64,000 nt of DNA from a virus. Positions 1 to 9,141 of this stretch are shown piece after piece. Where the stretch lies: positions 1 to 64,000 of IMG/VR virus record IMGVR_UViG_3300021440_000015. One strand, given 5' to 3'. Both the position numbers and the translations under genes were made by a program. Within the stretch, counting starts at the first letter, position 1. Each line of letters begins with the position of its first letter. The notes beneath the pieces were generated by a model that was given only the letters and a program-made list of their open reading frames with translations, searched no databases and was not told the origin of the DNA.

Positions 1-10
1 GATAGACTGG

Positions 11-547
11 GTGATGGCTAACAGATATGAAGCTGTAACTGAAATAGAAATCAGAAACAGCTCGCCTGTTGAAAAAGTAGTTACGTTTGATAAATTGTTG
101 TTTGCTTTAGATCAGCTTAACTTCAATGGGGTCACTTGGACTTATAGTAAAACTATAATGTCTAATGATGACAACTTGAATGTTTCTATCTCTTGCACCA
201 ATATACCAGACGGTACCAATCTCTTCTGGACCATAGAACACGTTACGACAGATGCTTCTGATTTTAACATGTTGTCTGGCCCTCTAGGTATTACAGCAGG
301 CAGAGCTTCTTTTAACGTATCTTTAAGACCCGGTTTTGAAGGCGAGCAAGAAGAAAGGTTTAGAATCTTATTGCGTAAACAAAGTGTTACTGGACCTGTG
401 TTGGCTAAGTCCACCATTATTACAGTGCGTTCTTTTGTTGAAACAGATGAGATCGCAGCCATGATGGCTTGTTGCTTGATGAGCCCCAACATCGCCATTA
501 CGCCCGAAACGATGTTTATCGTCGGACATAACGAATGGTCTAACTGA
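11..547 (+). CDS. Hypothetical virion-associated protein with Ig/Calx-beta-like segment (5' end may lie outside window)
   Basis: ORF track; beta-rich segment 'GRASFNVSLRPGFEGEQEERFRILLR...GPVLAKS'; directly upstream of a fibre gene. Confidence 0.5.
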   Translation: MMANRYEAVTEIEIRNSSPVEKVVTFDKLLFALDQLNFNGVTWTYSKTIMSNDDNLNVSISCTNIPDGTNLFWTIEHVTTDASDFNMLSGPLGITAGRASFNVSLRPGFEGEQEERFRILLRKQSVTGPVLAKSTIITVRSFVETDEIAAMMACCLMSPNIAITPETMFIVGHNEWSN

Positions 548-557
548 GGTAAGTGTC

Positions 558-2516
558 ATGGGAATGAAACGCAACATCTTAAGAGCTGGTTTGGATTTTG
601 ATCCAGGTGTAACAGTAGGTATCGACTTAGGTGGTACTGATGCATCTACAGCTCCTAATGCGTTGATCAAATTGGGTGGTGTGCCTCTATCTGAAATAGA
701 CAACATCAACAAACCTATACGTTTGGACAACGCTGGTAATTTACCTAGTCATCTTTTACCTCTTTATTTGTTATCTGTAAGTGTTAAAGGTCCAAGAAGT
801 GTAGTCATTTCTTCTACCAATACTTACTTAATAACAGACTATAGCAGTGATAAAGACTATACAGTCACAGCCCCTACAGGTACTGTGACTTTAAATACAA
901 CCACCAATCCAGGTGAGATAACTTATATAGCTCCTGGTACAGTGGGTCAAGCTGGTTTTTTAATTAACGGTAGGGCTATAGATGTTACTGTTAAAGCCAG
1001 TGGTAGCAATGCAGTTATACAACCTCAGCTATTGGCTCCTCAAATGGGTACTGGTAGCTTAGGTCCTGGTGTTACATTCTATTCTTCTCCTTTTGAAGTA
1101 GATAGCGGCACTGGCGCACATGCTCAATCTGATTGGGAAGTGGCCACGAACTCTAACTTTAGTTTGGCTAACATAGTAGCTTCATCCTACAACTCTAACA
1201 GTAACTTAACCAGCTTTAGTGCAAGCTTAATAGCAAACACAGACTTCTGGGTAAGAGTAAGATATAAAGCTTCTGGTTACACAGACAGCATTTGGTCAAG
1301 ACCTGTACAATTCAGAACCAAAGATAGCTATCTACCTACTGTAGAGATACAAGCTTACATGGCTGAAGACAGAAGTAGAGTATCCGTTGCTGTATCTGAT
1401 AATGGTAACACTGTTGTATTCGGTAACTTTGCAGATACCAGCAATGGTTTTGACGCTGGTGCTGTTTTGATCTATACCAAGTCTGGCAGTAACTGGATAC
1501 AGTCTTCTAAGTTATTGGCTGGTGACGGTGGTGCTTACGATATGTTTGGTCATACCGTAGCTATCTCTGGAGATGGTAATACCATAGCTGTGGGATGTCC
1601 TTATGACAATAACAGCAGTGGATCTGTTTACATCTTTGCAAGATCAGGAACCAACTGGAATCAACAAGCTAAGTTAACATTTAGTGAATCTCAGGTAGGT
1701 AGTTATTTTGGTTGGTCTTTAGATCTATCAGAAAATGGATCTGTATTAGCAGCTGGTGCGCCTGGTCAGACACATACTTCTTCCGGTGCTTTGAGAATAG
1801 GCGCTTGCGTTATGTACAAACGCACAGGTTCCTCTTGGCAAGAACAGATTAAACTGTTGCCTAATAGCGTAATAGCCGCAAGTCCACCTTTCTCAGCTGG
1901 TCAATCAGTTGCTGTATCAGGGGATGGTTTAAGAGTCATCTTTGGATCTTCAGGTGAAACTAACGATAGCATTCAACAGTCTGGCGCTGCTTATGTCTAT
2001 GTAGCTAGTGCCTCATCCTGGTTGCTGGAGCAAAGAATTTCCCCTGCTGCTGCTGAGAATATTTCCAGAGGAAGTTTTGGTTCGTGTGTGGAGATAAACA
2101 GCGATGGAAGCATCATGTTTGTATCTGCAACAGGTCAGCCCTTTACTGAGAGTTCAGCCCCTTTGAGATTTGGTGCTGTGTATAACTACGTGAGATCTGG
2201 TTCTAGCTGGAGTGTGTCTAACAAGATACAAGCTTCTGATGGTCTGATGAGTAACCTGTTTGGGTTATCCATGAAAACCAACTTTGAAGGCAATGTTTTG
2301 ATTGTGGGTGCTCCTAAGCAAAGTATACCTTCCATGTTTGAATGTGGTGAAGCTTATATCTTTAGTAAGGTAGGGGTTTCTTGGATAGAACGCAATCGTT
2401 TATTCGCAAGTGACAAAGCTGCCAATAAACAATTTGGTACTTCTGTTTCTCTTTCGGGCGATAGTGTGGTAGCACCTATAGCGTCTAAAAACAGCAAAGC
2501 TTATATCTTTGCTTAA
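558..2516 (+). CDS. Tail fibre / receptor-binding protein: shared N-terminal module, FN3 domain, FG-GAP beta-propeller
   Basis: FN3-like 'NTDFWVRVRYK'; repeated 'FGHTVAISGDG', 'FGWSLDLS', 'FGTSVSLSGD'; N-terminus homologous to 42486..44663 and 36697..40128. Confidence 0.7.
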   Translation: MGMKRNILRAGLDFDPGVTVGIDLGGTDASTAPNALIKLGGVPLSEIDNINKPIRLDNAGNLPSHLLPLYLLSVSVKGPRSVVISSTNTYLITDYSSDKDYTVTAPTGTVTLNTTTNPGEITYIAPGTVGQAGFLINGRAIDVTVKASGSNAVIQPQLLAPQMGTGSLGPGVTFYSSPFEVDSGTGAHAQSDWEVATNSNFSLANIVASSYNSNSNLTSFSASLIANTDFWVRVRYKASGYTDSIWSRPVQFRTKDSYLPTVEIQAYMAEDRSRVSVAVSDNGNTVVFGNFADTSNGFDAGAVLIYTKSGSNWIQSSKLLAGDGGAYDMFGHTVAISGDGNTIAVGCPYDNNSSGSVYIFARSGTNWNQQAKLTFSESQVGSYFGWSLDLSENGSVLAAGAPGQTHTSSGALRIGACVMYKRTGSSWQEQIKLLPNSVIAASPPFSAGQSVAVSGDGLRVIFGSSGETNDSIQQSGAAYVYVASASSWLLEQRISPAAAENISRGSFGSCVEINSDGSIMFVSATGQPFTESSAPLRFGAVYNYVRSGSSWSVSNKIQASDGLMSNLFGLSMKTNFEGNVLIVGAPKQSIPSMFECGEAYIFSKVGVSWIERNRLFASDKAANKQFGTSVSLSGDSVVAPIASKNSKAYIFA

Positions 2517-2551
2517 AGTAACTCATTAACTTTCTCCAAAAGGATTTTCAA

Positions 2552-3205
2552 ATGGAACAAACCGTTTACGCTCGTGTCGATAACGACAAAATCATCGAGT
2601 ATCCCGTGTATGAAATGCACATCCGCAATCGTGCCCATCCTTTCGACTGGTATAAAAAGGTGGTTAAGCCTGTCCGTCCTGTAACCACTATCTATCAATA
2701 CGTCAAAGAAACTTTGAAGTTGGCTGGTGATACGGTGGCTGTGGAGTACACCGTGGTAGATCATGGTTTAGAACATCTGTTCTCCATGATGTATAACCGC
2801 AGTGATCGGGTGCCAGGTCCTTTGGACGGTACCAGTTTTGGTATGGCTTTGCCTGTCACTGGTTCTCCTGTAGCTCCTGTGGCTGATCAGTTTATCTCTA
2901 CAGCTCCTGAAGGCTATATGGATGCACTGACTGCTGCTGTGGATAAGCATGTTTCTGGTATCCTGAATGACTTTGCTAAATCCAGCGGTTTTGATAGTGT
3001 CGTTTCTCTGGTGAGTTATAAAGACTCTACAGTTCCAGAATGGGCAAGTATGGCTAATGACTTTATTGTTCTTCGTGATCTGATGTGGACCACCTGCATC
3101 ACTATGCAGAATGAGTTGCGTGCTGGTGCTAAGCCTGTGCCTAAGACTCTGCTTGAGTTTGCAACCATGCTTCCTGAACTGAAGTATTCAACCCAAGCAG
3201 CTTAA
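2552..3205 (+). CDS. Putative tail fibre assembly/chaperone protein
   Basis: Follows fibre gene; C-terminal 'LNDFAKSSGFDSVVSLVSY..STVPEWA...RDLMW' resembles phage fibre-assembly proteins. Confidence 0.5.
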   Translation: MEQTVYARVDNDKIIEYPVYEMHIRNRAHPFDWYKKVVKPVRPVTTIYQYVKETLKLAGDTVAVEYTVVDHGLEHLFSMMYNRSDRVPGPLDGTSFGMALPVTGSPVAPVADQFISTAPEGYMDALTAAVDKHVSGILNDFAKSSGFDSVVSLVSYKDSTVPEWASMANDFIVLRDLMWTTCITMQNELRAGAKPVPKTLLEFATMLPELKYSTQAA

Positions 3206-3214
3206 TCTTAAACC

Positions 3215-3577
3215 ATGATCGGTTTATTTAAGAAACCTAAAGTCAAGAAGGAACCTTCTATGCGTTTTCGTCATTACTACATGGGTGTGGGTTCTTTACT
3301 GGTATTGGCTATTTGGATGCTGACAGATCCTGATCTGGGTATCCTTGGTAACCTGCCTTTTGGTGGATCTACTTTAGCTACTATCGTAATTACCCTCAAG
3401 GTTATCGTATACGTAGCCATCCTGCATCTTTCACGCAAAGCTCTTTTCGATTACATCGACATGGAGCGAGTGTTTAAGAAAGCTATCACGACAGCAGATG
3501 GATCTGGTAAAATCGCTATAGCGATGAGTGTCGTATGTTTAGCTATCGCCATCCTTATCTTCGCAGCGGTGCATTGA
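3215..3577 (+). CDS. Membrane protein with 3 predicted TM helices, putative holin
   Basis: Three hydrophobic stretches; TGA overlaps ATG of the downstream lytic transglycosylase (TGATG at 3575-3579). Confidence 0.5.
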   Translation: MIGLFKKPKVKKEPSMRFRHYYMGVGSLLVLAIWMLTDPDLGILGNLPFGGSTLATIVITLKVIVYVAILHLSRKALFDYIDMERVFKKAITTADGSGKIAIAMSVVCLAIAILIFAAVH

Positions 3578-4266
3578 TGGGATTAGGGCTGACTCTCACC
3601 ATGACGTCAGCCCTTGCCTTTTCTCAGAGTCTTTACATCCCTGAACAAGCCAAACAGTATTTCCCTGTTGTAAAAGAACAAGCTACTCTCTATATGCCTG
3701 GATTTAAACCCCAAGCATATTTCGGCGCTCTTATAGAACATGAAAGCTGCATAAGCTTAAAACACAGTAAATGTTGGAATCCAGCTTCTCGTCTTAAAAC
3801 AGACAGAGAAGAAGGAGCAGGTTTAGGCCAAATCACCAAAGCCTATAATCAAGATGGATCTGTCAGATTCGATCTGTTATCAGAAATGAGAACCAGACAT
3901 AGTGATCTGAAAGAGCTGAGTTGGTCTAACGTATATCAAAGACCTGATCTACAGATCAGAGCTATGGTGTTGTTAACTAAGACTAACTTTAGCAAGCTGT
4001 CTATGATACCTGACAACATGGATCGTATAGCCATGGCTGATGCTGCTTACAATGGCGGTATCGGTGGGTTGTTCAATGAGCGTAGAGCTTGTGGATTGGC
4101 TAAGGGTTGTGATTCTACCAAGTGGTTCAACAACGTAGAGAACTATTGTTTAAAAAGCAAGAAAACTTTATACGGACTAAGATCTGCTTGTGATATCAAT
4201 AGACACCACGTACATGATGTTTTACAACTTAAGCTACCTAAGTACAAGATAGCTTTTCAAGAATAA
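3577..4266 (+). CDS. Lytic transglycosylase (SLT/lysozyme-like fold), putative endolysin
   Basis: Motifs 'ALIEHES', 'EGAGLGQ', 'AAYNGG'; coupled start at 3577 gives signal-like MGLGLTLTMTSALAFSQ. Confidence 0.75.
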   Translation: MGLGLTLTMTSALAFSQSLYIPEQAKQYFPVVKEQATLYMPGFKPQAYFGALIEHESCISLKHSKCWNPASRLKTDREEGAGLGQITKAYNQDGSVRFDLLSEMRTRHSDLKELSWSNVYQRPDLQIRAMVLLTKTNFSKLSMIPDNMDRIAMADAAYNGGIGGLFNERRACGLAKGCDSTKWFNNVENYCLKSKKTLYGLRSACDINRHHVHDVLQLKLPKYKIAFQE

Positions 4267-4300
4267 GAGATATCCTACCCCTAGGGGTAGGATATCTCTT
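4265..4300. terminator. Perfect 36-bp palindrome / intrinsic terminator
   Basis: aagagatatcctacccct|aggggtaggatatctctt followed by T's. Confidence 0.7.
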
Positions 4301-4317
4301 TTATCCCTTAGAGAATA

Positions 4318-4340
4318 TTTCAATCACATAAACTTAACTT
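4318..4340 (+). promoter_or_regulatory. Putative early phage promoter, cassette 1
   Basis: tttcaatcacataaacttaactt matches the motif TTTTCAGTCACATATACTTAACTTG recurring upstream of 7 cassettes. Confidence 0.6.
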
Positions 4341-4399
4341 GAGATATCGCTAGTGGTTTAAGTTACACATCTGTAACACTGCTGGTTAAAGAGATACTC
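4341..4399 (+). ncRNA. Conserved structured 5' leader, copy 1
   Basis: gagatatc gctagtggt TTAA gttac acatct gtaac actgctggt taaaga gatactc ATG; three nested stems. Confidence 0.75.
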
Positions 4400-4729
4400 A
4401 TGGCAATCAAAGTTTGCAACGCTTTCAGTCTCAGCATGGTGTCGGCGCTCGTCGCCGACATCAAAGTGATCCAAATCACCCCGGCTGAAGTCAAGGAGTT
4501 TTTGGAGGTAGGGGTGGAAAGCTGTGTCGGTCACGCCGACACAGCCAATGTGTTCAGCCAGCAGCTGGGGGTGCAAATCCCCGCTGCTCGTGCGACAGTT
4601 AGTCTCGCCGATGGCGAGATGATTCTGGTGGGCCAGTACTCTGGTCCACGGCTCCCAGAGGGGGCGACATCGCTGCCCGAAGGGGCAAACATCAAATGGG
4701 TAGTCTTGCTCGTGCGATATCCGGTGTGA
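4400..4729 (+). CDS. DUF1874 / STIV B116-like small protein (cassette 1 cargo)
   Basis: Motifs NAFSLSM, SCVGHADTA, VGQYSGPRLPEG; paralog of 21153..21491; visibly GC-richer than flanks. Confidence 0.7.
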   Translation: MAIKVCNAFSLSMVSALVADIKVIQITPAEVKEFLEVGVESCVGHADTANVFSQQLGVQIPAARATVSLADGEMILVGQYSGPRLPEGATSLPEGANIKWVVLLVRYPV

Positions 4730-4765
4730 GAACCGTACCATACTGAAAAAGTTCTTCAGTATGGT

Positions 4766-4809
4766 AAATAACACTCTTAGCCTGTTATGGCTAAGAGTGT
4801 TATTTTTTT
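4766..4809 (+). terminator. Cassette-type intrinsic terminator
   Basis: aaataacactcttagcc tgttat ggctaagagtgttattt + T run; preceded by a second 12-bp hairpin taccatactgaa...ttcagtatggta. Confidence 0.8.
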
Positions 4810-4846
4810 ATTCACAGCTTTCATTTTTTGATTATGGAAAACAATT

Positions 4847-5308
4847 ATGTCAAATTTTGAAATTGATTTTGAGATGATGCGGAAGTATGACACTGTACTT
4901 CTACCTATTGAAAAAGGTGTCAAATATTACTTTCCTGAGAACAACATTATCCTCTACCCAAGTATACTTTTTGTATTTGGTTCTAACCTAGCTGGTAGAC
5001 ATGGTAAAGGTGCTGCTCTTAAAGCTGCTACAGACTATGGAGCTATCTACGGTGTGGGTGAGGGCAGAATGGGTAACTGTTATGCCTTACCTACTAAGTC
5101 GCATATGCTGCAACCTCTACCTCTAGAAGAAATAGAGAAAAGAGTAGAGACCTTTAGAATAGTAACCACTATACTCAAAGACAAAACTTTTTTTGTCACA
5201 GCGGTAGGTACAGGGTTAGCTGGATATAAGCATGAGCAGATAGCTCCTATGTTTAAAGGCATAGAGAGATGTTGGATGCCTTATGAGTGGAAACGTTTTT
5301 TAACCTAA
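4847..5308 (+). CDS. Macrodomain-like phage protein (A1S_2505-like family)
   Basis: Motifs FVFGSNLAGRHGKGAA, YALPTK, VTAVGTGLAG. Confidence 0.6.
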   Translation: MSNFEIDFEMMRKYDTVLLPIEKGVKYYFPENNIILYPSILFVFGSNLAGRHGKGAALKAATDYGAIYGVGEGRMGNCYALPTKSHMLQPLPLEEIEKRVETFRIVTTILKDKTFFVTAVGTGLAGYKHEQIAPMFKGIERCWMPYEWKRFLT

Positions 5309-5318
5309 GGAACCGATC

Positions 5319-5606
5319 ATGGAAAACCTCATTATTGAAGAAGCAAACGGCAACACCACAACTAAACCTTTAGCAGCTAGTAAAGAAGAATTGAATAAAG
5401 CTATCACAGATCTGGAGTTGAAGCTGACGATCCTGCAAACCAACGCATCGACTGTTGAAGCAGGGACCGACTTCAAACTAGAATCATTGAGCAACAGCAT
5501 TTACGCTCTTCAGGAACAGCTGGATAAGACCAGAAGAATGTTTGTTGTATTGTCAGTGGTAACTTTCATCGCAGTAGCTCTTGTCGTCAATCTTTACTTC
5601 AATTAA
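5319..5606 (+). CDS. Coiled-coil protein with C-terminal membrane anchor
   Basis: Heptad-like segment, then MFVVLSVVTFIAVALVV; SD aagga upstream. Confidence 0.6.
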   Translation: MENLIIEEANGNTTTKPLAASKEELNKAITDLELKLTILQTNASTVEAGTDFKLESLSNSIYALQEQLDKTRRMFVVLSVVTFIAVALVVNLYFN

Positions 5607-5608
5607 CT

Positions 5609-5932
5609 ATGTCTAGACACCATCGTTATAAAACTGACATGAATGTGGATGTAACAGCTCTACAAAGATCTATGGCTGGTCTTAAAGCTGCTGTTAGTAA
5701 AGATAACAAACGTATAGACGCAAGAATCAATCAGAGTTACAAGAAAATAGATATCCTGACATCGGACATCACTGAACTTGAATCTCAGATCATTGATCTT
5801 AATCAGCTTTTGGATCTTAAAGATGACATAAGTTATCTGCTAGATCAAAGAGAGAAAATGATTTACTGGCTGATGTTGTTGTCTTGGATAGTCATCAGTC
5901 TTGGTTCTTACATCATCTTTAAAAACATATAA
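5609..5932 (+). CDS. Coiled-coil protein with C-terminal membrane anchor
   Basis: Heptad-like segment, then IYWLMLLSWIVISLGSYIIF. Confidence 0.6.
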   Translation: MSRHHRYKTDMNVDVTALQRSMAGLKAAVSKDNKRIDARINQSYKKIDILTSDITELESQIIDLNQLLDLKDDISYLLDQREKMIYWLMLLSWIVISLGSYIIFKNI

Positions 5933-5938
5933 ACCACC

Positions 5939-6787
5939 ATGAAGCCTTATATAGAACTCCTCAAGGACATCCGTGATAATGGACATGATCACCCTGATCG
6001 CACTGGAGTAGGTCGTCGATCTATTTTCGGTAGACAAGTCCGATTCAACATGAACGATGGTTTTCCTTTGGTCACTACTCGTAAGATCTTCTTTCGAGGT
6101 ATGAAAGAAGAATTGCTTTGGTTTATCGCTGGTGAGATTGACAACACTTTGCTGAATGAAGCAAATGTGCATATCTGGGATAACTGGGCTGTCACTGAAA
6201 AAACAGTGGATAAGTTCATGGAATACTTCTTGTCTAAGTTTGAATCAGAAGAAGATCGTCAGAGTATGGCCAGTAATGAAATACTCATGGCTAAACTTCG
6301 TGAACAGATCAGTGAGCGTATCGGATCTATCGGTCCTTTGTACGGTTTTAACTGGCGCCATGCCCCTGCTGATGAGATGAGTAACATCCACCAACTTCTC
6401 AGAAACAAACCACCTATCGAAGACATTCCTTCTGATAAAGTAGAAGCTTTTAAAGAAGCTTATAAAGAATATCTTGCTTTTAAAGAAGCGGAAGGTGATG
6501 GAACAGATCCTGTTACAGAGATTGAGTTCATTCAGAAGACTTATGTCTCTAAGGTAGATCAGTTAGGTATTCTTTTGGCTGAACTGAAGAACAATCCTTA
6601 TTCTTCGCGTCTTGTGGTAAGCTCATGGTTACCACAATTCATTCCTGACAATAAGATCTCTCCTGATTTGAATGTATTGTTGGGCGCGGGTGCTTTGGCA
6701 CCATGTCACGTTATGTTCCAATGCTTTGTACAACCTGCTCTCAATGAAGGCGGTAAGAAACGTTTGAACCTACTTATGTTCCAGCGT
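5939..6787 (+). CDS. thyA: Thymidylate synthase, exon 1
   Basis: DRTGVG, FPLVTTRK, ELLWF, catalytic LAPCH; ends ...MFQR at intron. Confidence 0.92.
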
Positions 6788-7090
6788 TAACAACTGAGCG
6801 CTGTGTAGATAGAAATATCTATTTGAAAATTCCTCTAATTGCTGGAAACCCTTGTTAGACTACTAAACCAAAGCGGAGTGTGAAAACACATACGTAACGT
6901 GTTTGAAAATTAGTAGGTAGAGACAATCAGCAGCTAAGCTCCTTTAAACTGGAGAAAGTTCAACGATCATCCCGTAAGGGAGTAGGATCTAGCAGATCCG
7001 AAACGGGGAACCCTTAACAGGTAAAGCTGAAGGTGGTGATATGATCTAATCTTTACAGAGATGTAAAGCCACAGTTAAAAACTGTGATTG
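6788..7090 (+). mobile_element. Group I intron (303 nt, no ORF) in thyA
   Basis: Splicing joins QR|SVD, restoring QRSxD; P1 cagcgU/Gcgctg; P10 caactga/tcggttg; core AATTGCTGGAAAC, AATCAGCAG, GTTCAACGATCA, GATATGATC; terminal G7090. Confidence 0.92.
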
Positions 7091-7387
7091 TCGGTTGATA
7101 CACCTATAGGTGCTCCATACAACATAGCTCAGTATTCATTGCTATTGCATTTGATTGCTCGACATGTAGATATGGAACCTAATGAGTTCATTTGGTCTAC
7201 TGGAGATACGCACATCTACACAGACCAACTACATTTGATAGATGAACAGATCTCTCGTGAACCCAGACCTCTTCCACGACTTGTCTTTAAAACAGACGAG
7301 ACAGATATCTTTAAAATCAAATCCGAAGATATTGAACTGGAAGGATATGATCCACACCCACATATACCCTACCCGGTAGCTACCTAA
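7091..7387 (+). CDS. thyA: Thymidylate synthase, exon 2
   Basis: SVDTPIGAPYNIAQY, GDTHIY, YDPHPHI; spliced product 381 aa. Confidence 0.92.
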   Translation, partial: SVDTPIGAPYNIAQYSLLLHLIARHVDMEPNEFIWSTGDTHIYTDQLHLIDEQISREPRPLPRLVFKTDETDIFKIKSEDIELEGYDPHPHIPYPVAT

Positions 7388-7388
7388 C

Positions 7389-7949
7389 ATGCCATCAGTA
7401 GAACTTATTTACGCTAGGGATGTAGACGGTCTTATAGGAATTGATGGTAAGATCCCTTGGAAACTGTCTGCTGATCTTAAACGTTTCAAAGAGAAAACTA
7501 TTTTTGAAACTGTCATGATGGGTAGGAAAACCTTTGACTCTATAGGTAAAACTCTACCCGATCGTGTAAATGCAGTAGTTACATCTAGGGATATTCCCAT
7601 AGATGAAAATGTAAACACCTTACTCACTTTTAAAGTAAATGATCCTGTTGAATACATCAAAGCCTTTAAGGCTTCAAAACCTATTGCCAATAGCCCCTAC
7701 ATGACTAAAGACTCTAAACTCTTTATCATAGGCGGTAGAGATTTGATTGTCAATGAAGGGTTTAAATATGCAGATGTTATACATCTGACACAAATCTATA
7801 AGAACCACCAACATCTTGTAGACATGTTTACGGATGCAGTCTATGTGCCTACCGTACCGCATGATCTTTTTAAACTGGAAAGTCAAACACCTATCTTCAC
7901 GGGTGAGGGCTTGTTAACATATAACTTCATCACCTATAGGAGAAGATGA
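7389..7949 (+). CDS. dfr: Dihydrofolate reductase
   Basis: IGIDGKIPWKLSADLKRFK, MGRKTFDSI, LPDRVN, IIGG; next to thyA. Confidence 0.9.
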   Translation: MPSVELIYARDVDGLIGIDGKIPWKLSADLKRFKEKTIFETVMMGRKTFDSIGKTLPDRVNAVVTSRDIPIDENVNTLLTFKVNDPVEYIKAFKASKPIANSPYMTKDSKLFIIGGRDLIVNEGFKYADVIHLTQIYKNHQHLVDMFTDAVYVPTVPHDLFKLESQTPIFTGEGLLTYNFITYRRR

Positions 7950-7950
7950 A

Positions 7951-8349
7951 ATGGCTACCACAAAGAAAGCTGTTAAACCAGCTACCAAGAAACAGGTTAA
8001 TGAAACTGCTGTGATTAGTGAGGTTAGCAAAACTGCTGCTAAAACAACTCTCAAGAAAGCTGTGGTTAAAGCAGTTGCCAAATTAGAAGCAGCTGCTAAA
8101 GTTCCTAAGAAGATTGTCAATGTAGAAGTTATCAAGGCGCCCGCTCGAACGGCTAAAGACTTAGCTCGTAAACCAGTTAAAGTTAAATTAACTGTTAGCA
8201 AACCCCAAGCAGAAATAGTAGCATCACAGGCTATTTCTAAAACACCAGTAACTGTAGTGGTTAAAAGAGAACTACCATCTGAAAATGGAAGGATTTCTTT
8301 TAGTGAATTGATGCGTCGCGCTCATCAGAACAGCAACCCACCATTTTAA
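7951..8349 (+). CDS. Lys/Ala-rich histone H1-like small basic protein
   Basis: Composition: TTKKAVKPATKK, KTAAKTTLKKAVVKAVAK. Confidence 0.55.
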   Translation: MATTKKAVKPATKKQVNETAVISEVSKTAAKTTLKKAVVKAVAKLEAAAKVPKKIVNVEVIKAPARTAKDLARKPVKVKLTVSKPQAEIVASQAISKTPVTVVVKRELPSENGRISFSELMRRAHQNSNPPF

Positions 8350-8361
8350 ATAACAGCATAA

Positions 8362-8393
8362 TCCTATCTAGCTCCCTAGGGAGCTAGATAGGA
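8362..8393. terminator. Perfect 32-bp palindrome between convergent genes
   Basis: tcctatctagctccct|agggagctagatagga. Confidence 0.65.
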
Positions 8394-8435
8394 GTCTATG
8401 TCTGAAAGGAAACTAAAGTATATTTACTTTTTTAT

Positions 8436-8996
8436 TTAAACCCATCTGGCAAAAGCAGGCAGAACCATATTTTCTAAAGCCAGTTCTTCTTTATCTAGTT
8501 TAGCGCCAGCAGACTTAGCTATTCTTTTAGCATTGATGGTTACGTTCTTATCAGTGAAGTTCTGTTCCCAATTCCATCCCCATTGTAACAAACCTTGCTT
8601 CTGAGCCAAGCGTCTATCTTTAAGATGCCCTTTGGTATCTGCTTTGATCTGAGCTTGATGTCTAGCTACAAAGCTTCTCCAGCGTTTGATCTGCCATTCA
8701 TCTTCTTCACCTAGTCTTCTACCTAGATAGTAATTACACATCCATTCAAAAAAACCATTAGGATCTGTCTTTATCCATCCGTTCTTTTTCCAAACTGATA
8801 AAGGTTGTCTTGATTTGACTCCGTACTTATTAACACTGGGGTCAGGCTCATCATCAGGACCTAGTACCTTATCACTTTTCTTCCAGTCAGCTGGTATGTC
8901 TTTCATGTTGTTGACATACTTACCTTCAAAGACGCCTAGTTCTAACATCTCTTTGGGTGTGTAGGAAGGACCAAAATCTATTTGCCAATCAACCAT
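8436..8996 (-). CDS. Conserved hypothetical protein, possibly head-packaged
   Basis: Motifs TPKEMLELGVFEGKY, NKYGVKS, DPNGFFEW.C.YYLGRR, QIKRW; C-terminal ALE...PAFARW. Confidence 0.65.
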   Translation of the reverse strand: MVDWQIDFGPSYTPKEMLELGVFEGKYVNNMKDIPADWKKSDKVLGPDDEPDPSVNKYGVKSRQPLSVWKKNGWIKTDPNGFFEWMCNYYLGRRLGEEDEWQIKRWRSFVARHQAQIKADTKGHLKDRRLAQKQGLLQWGWNWEQNFTDKNVTINAKRIAKSAGAKLDKEELALENMVLPAFARWV

Positions 8997-9061
8997 GTTG
9001 TAAAGTCCTTAAGGTTTATCGTCAAAAGATATCCAGGTTGACTAGATATCCTTATAAAGTA

Positions 9062-9084
9062 TTTTGGTCACATATACTTCACTT
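9062..9084 (+). promoter_or_regulatory. Putative early promoter, cassette 2
   Basis: ttttggtcacatatacttcactt. Confidence 0.6.
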
Positions 9085-9141
9085 GACTATCGTTACAGTT
9101 TAATCGAAGCATCTTTCGAACTTGTGACTAAGGAGATAGTA
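9085..9141 (+). ncRNA. Conserved structured 5' leader, copy 2
   Basis: gactatc gttacagt TTAA tcgaag catc tttcga acttgtgac taagga gatagta ATG. Confidence 0.75.

Noticed and set aside
6181-6560. Two insertions in ThyA as an intein or a modified-base enzyme signature
   Set aside because: No intein ends; catalytic Cys and the Asn of PYN (dUMP specificity) are canonical.
6788-6790. Stop-codon recoding or pseudogene explanation for the broken thyA and dnaB
   Set aside because: Both breaks are fully explained by group I introns; all other genes read normally in the standard code.
9064-9141. N-terminal ORF extensions through the leaders (starts 9064, 21093, 62637)
   Set aside because: TTG starts lie in the promoter motif with no SD, and the frame is not conserved in other copies (out of frame in 1 and 4, stop in 5). 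True starts are 9142, 21153 and 62697.
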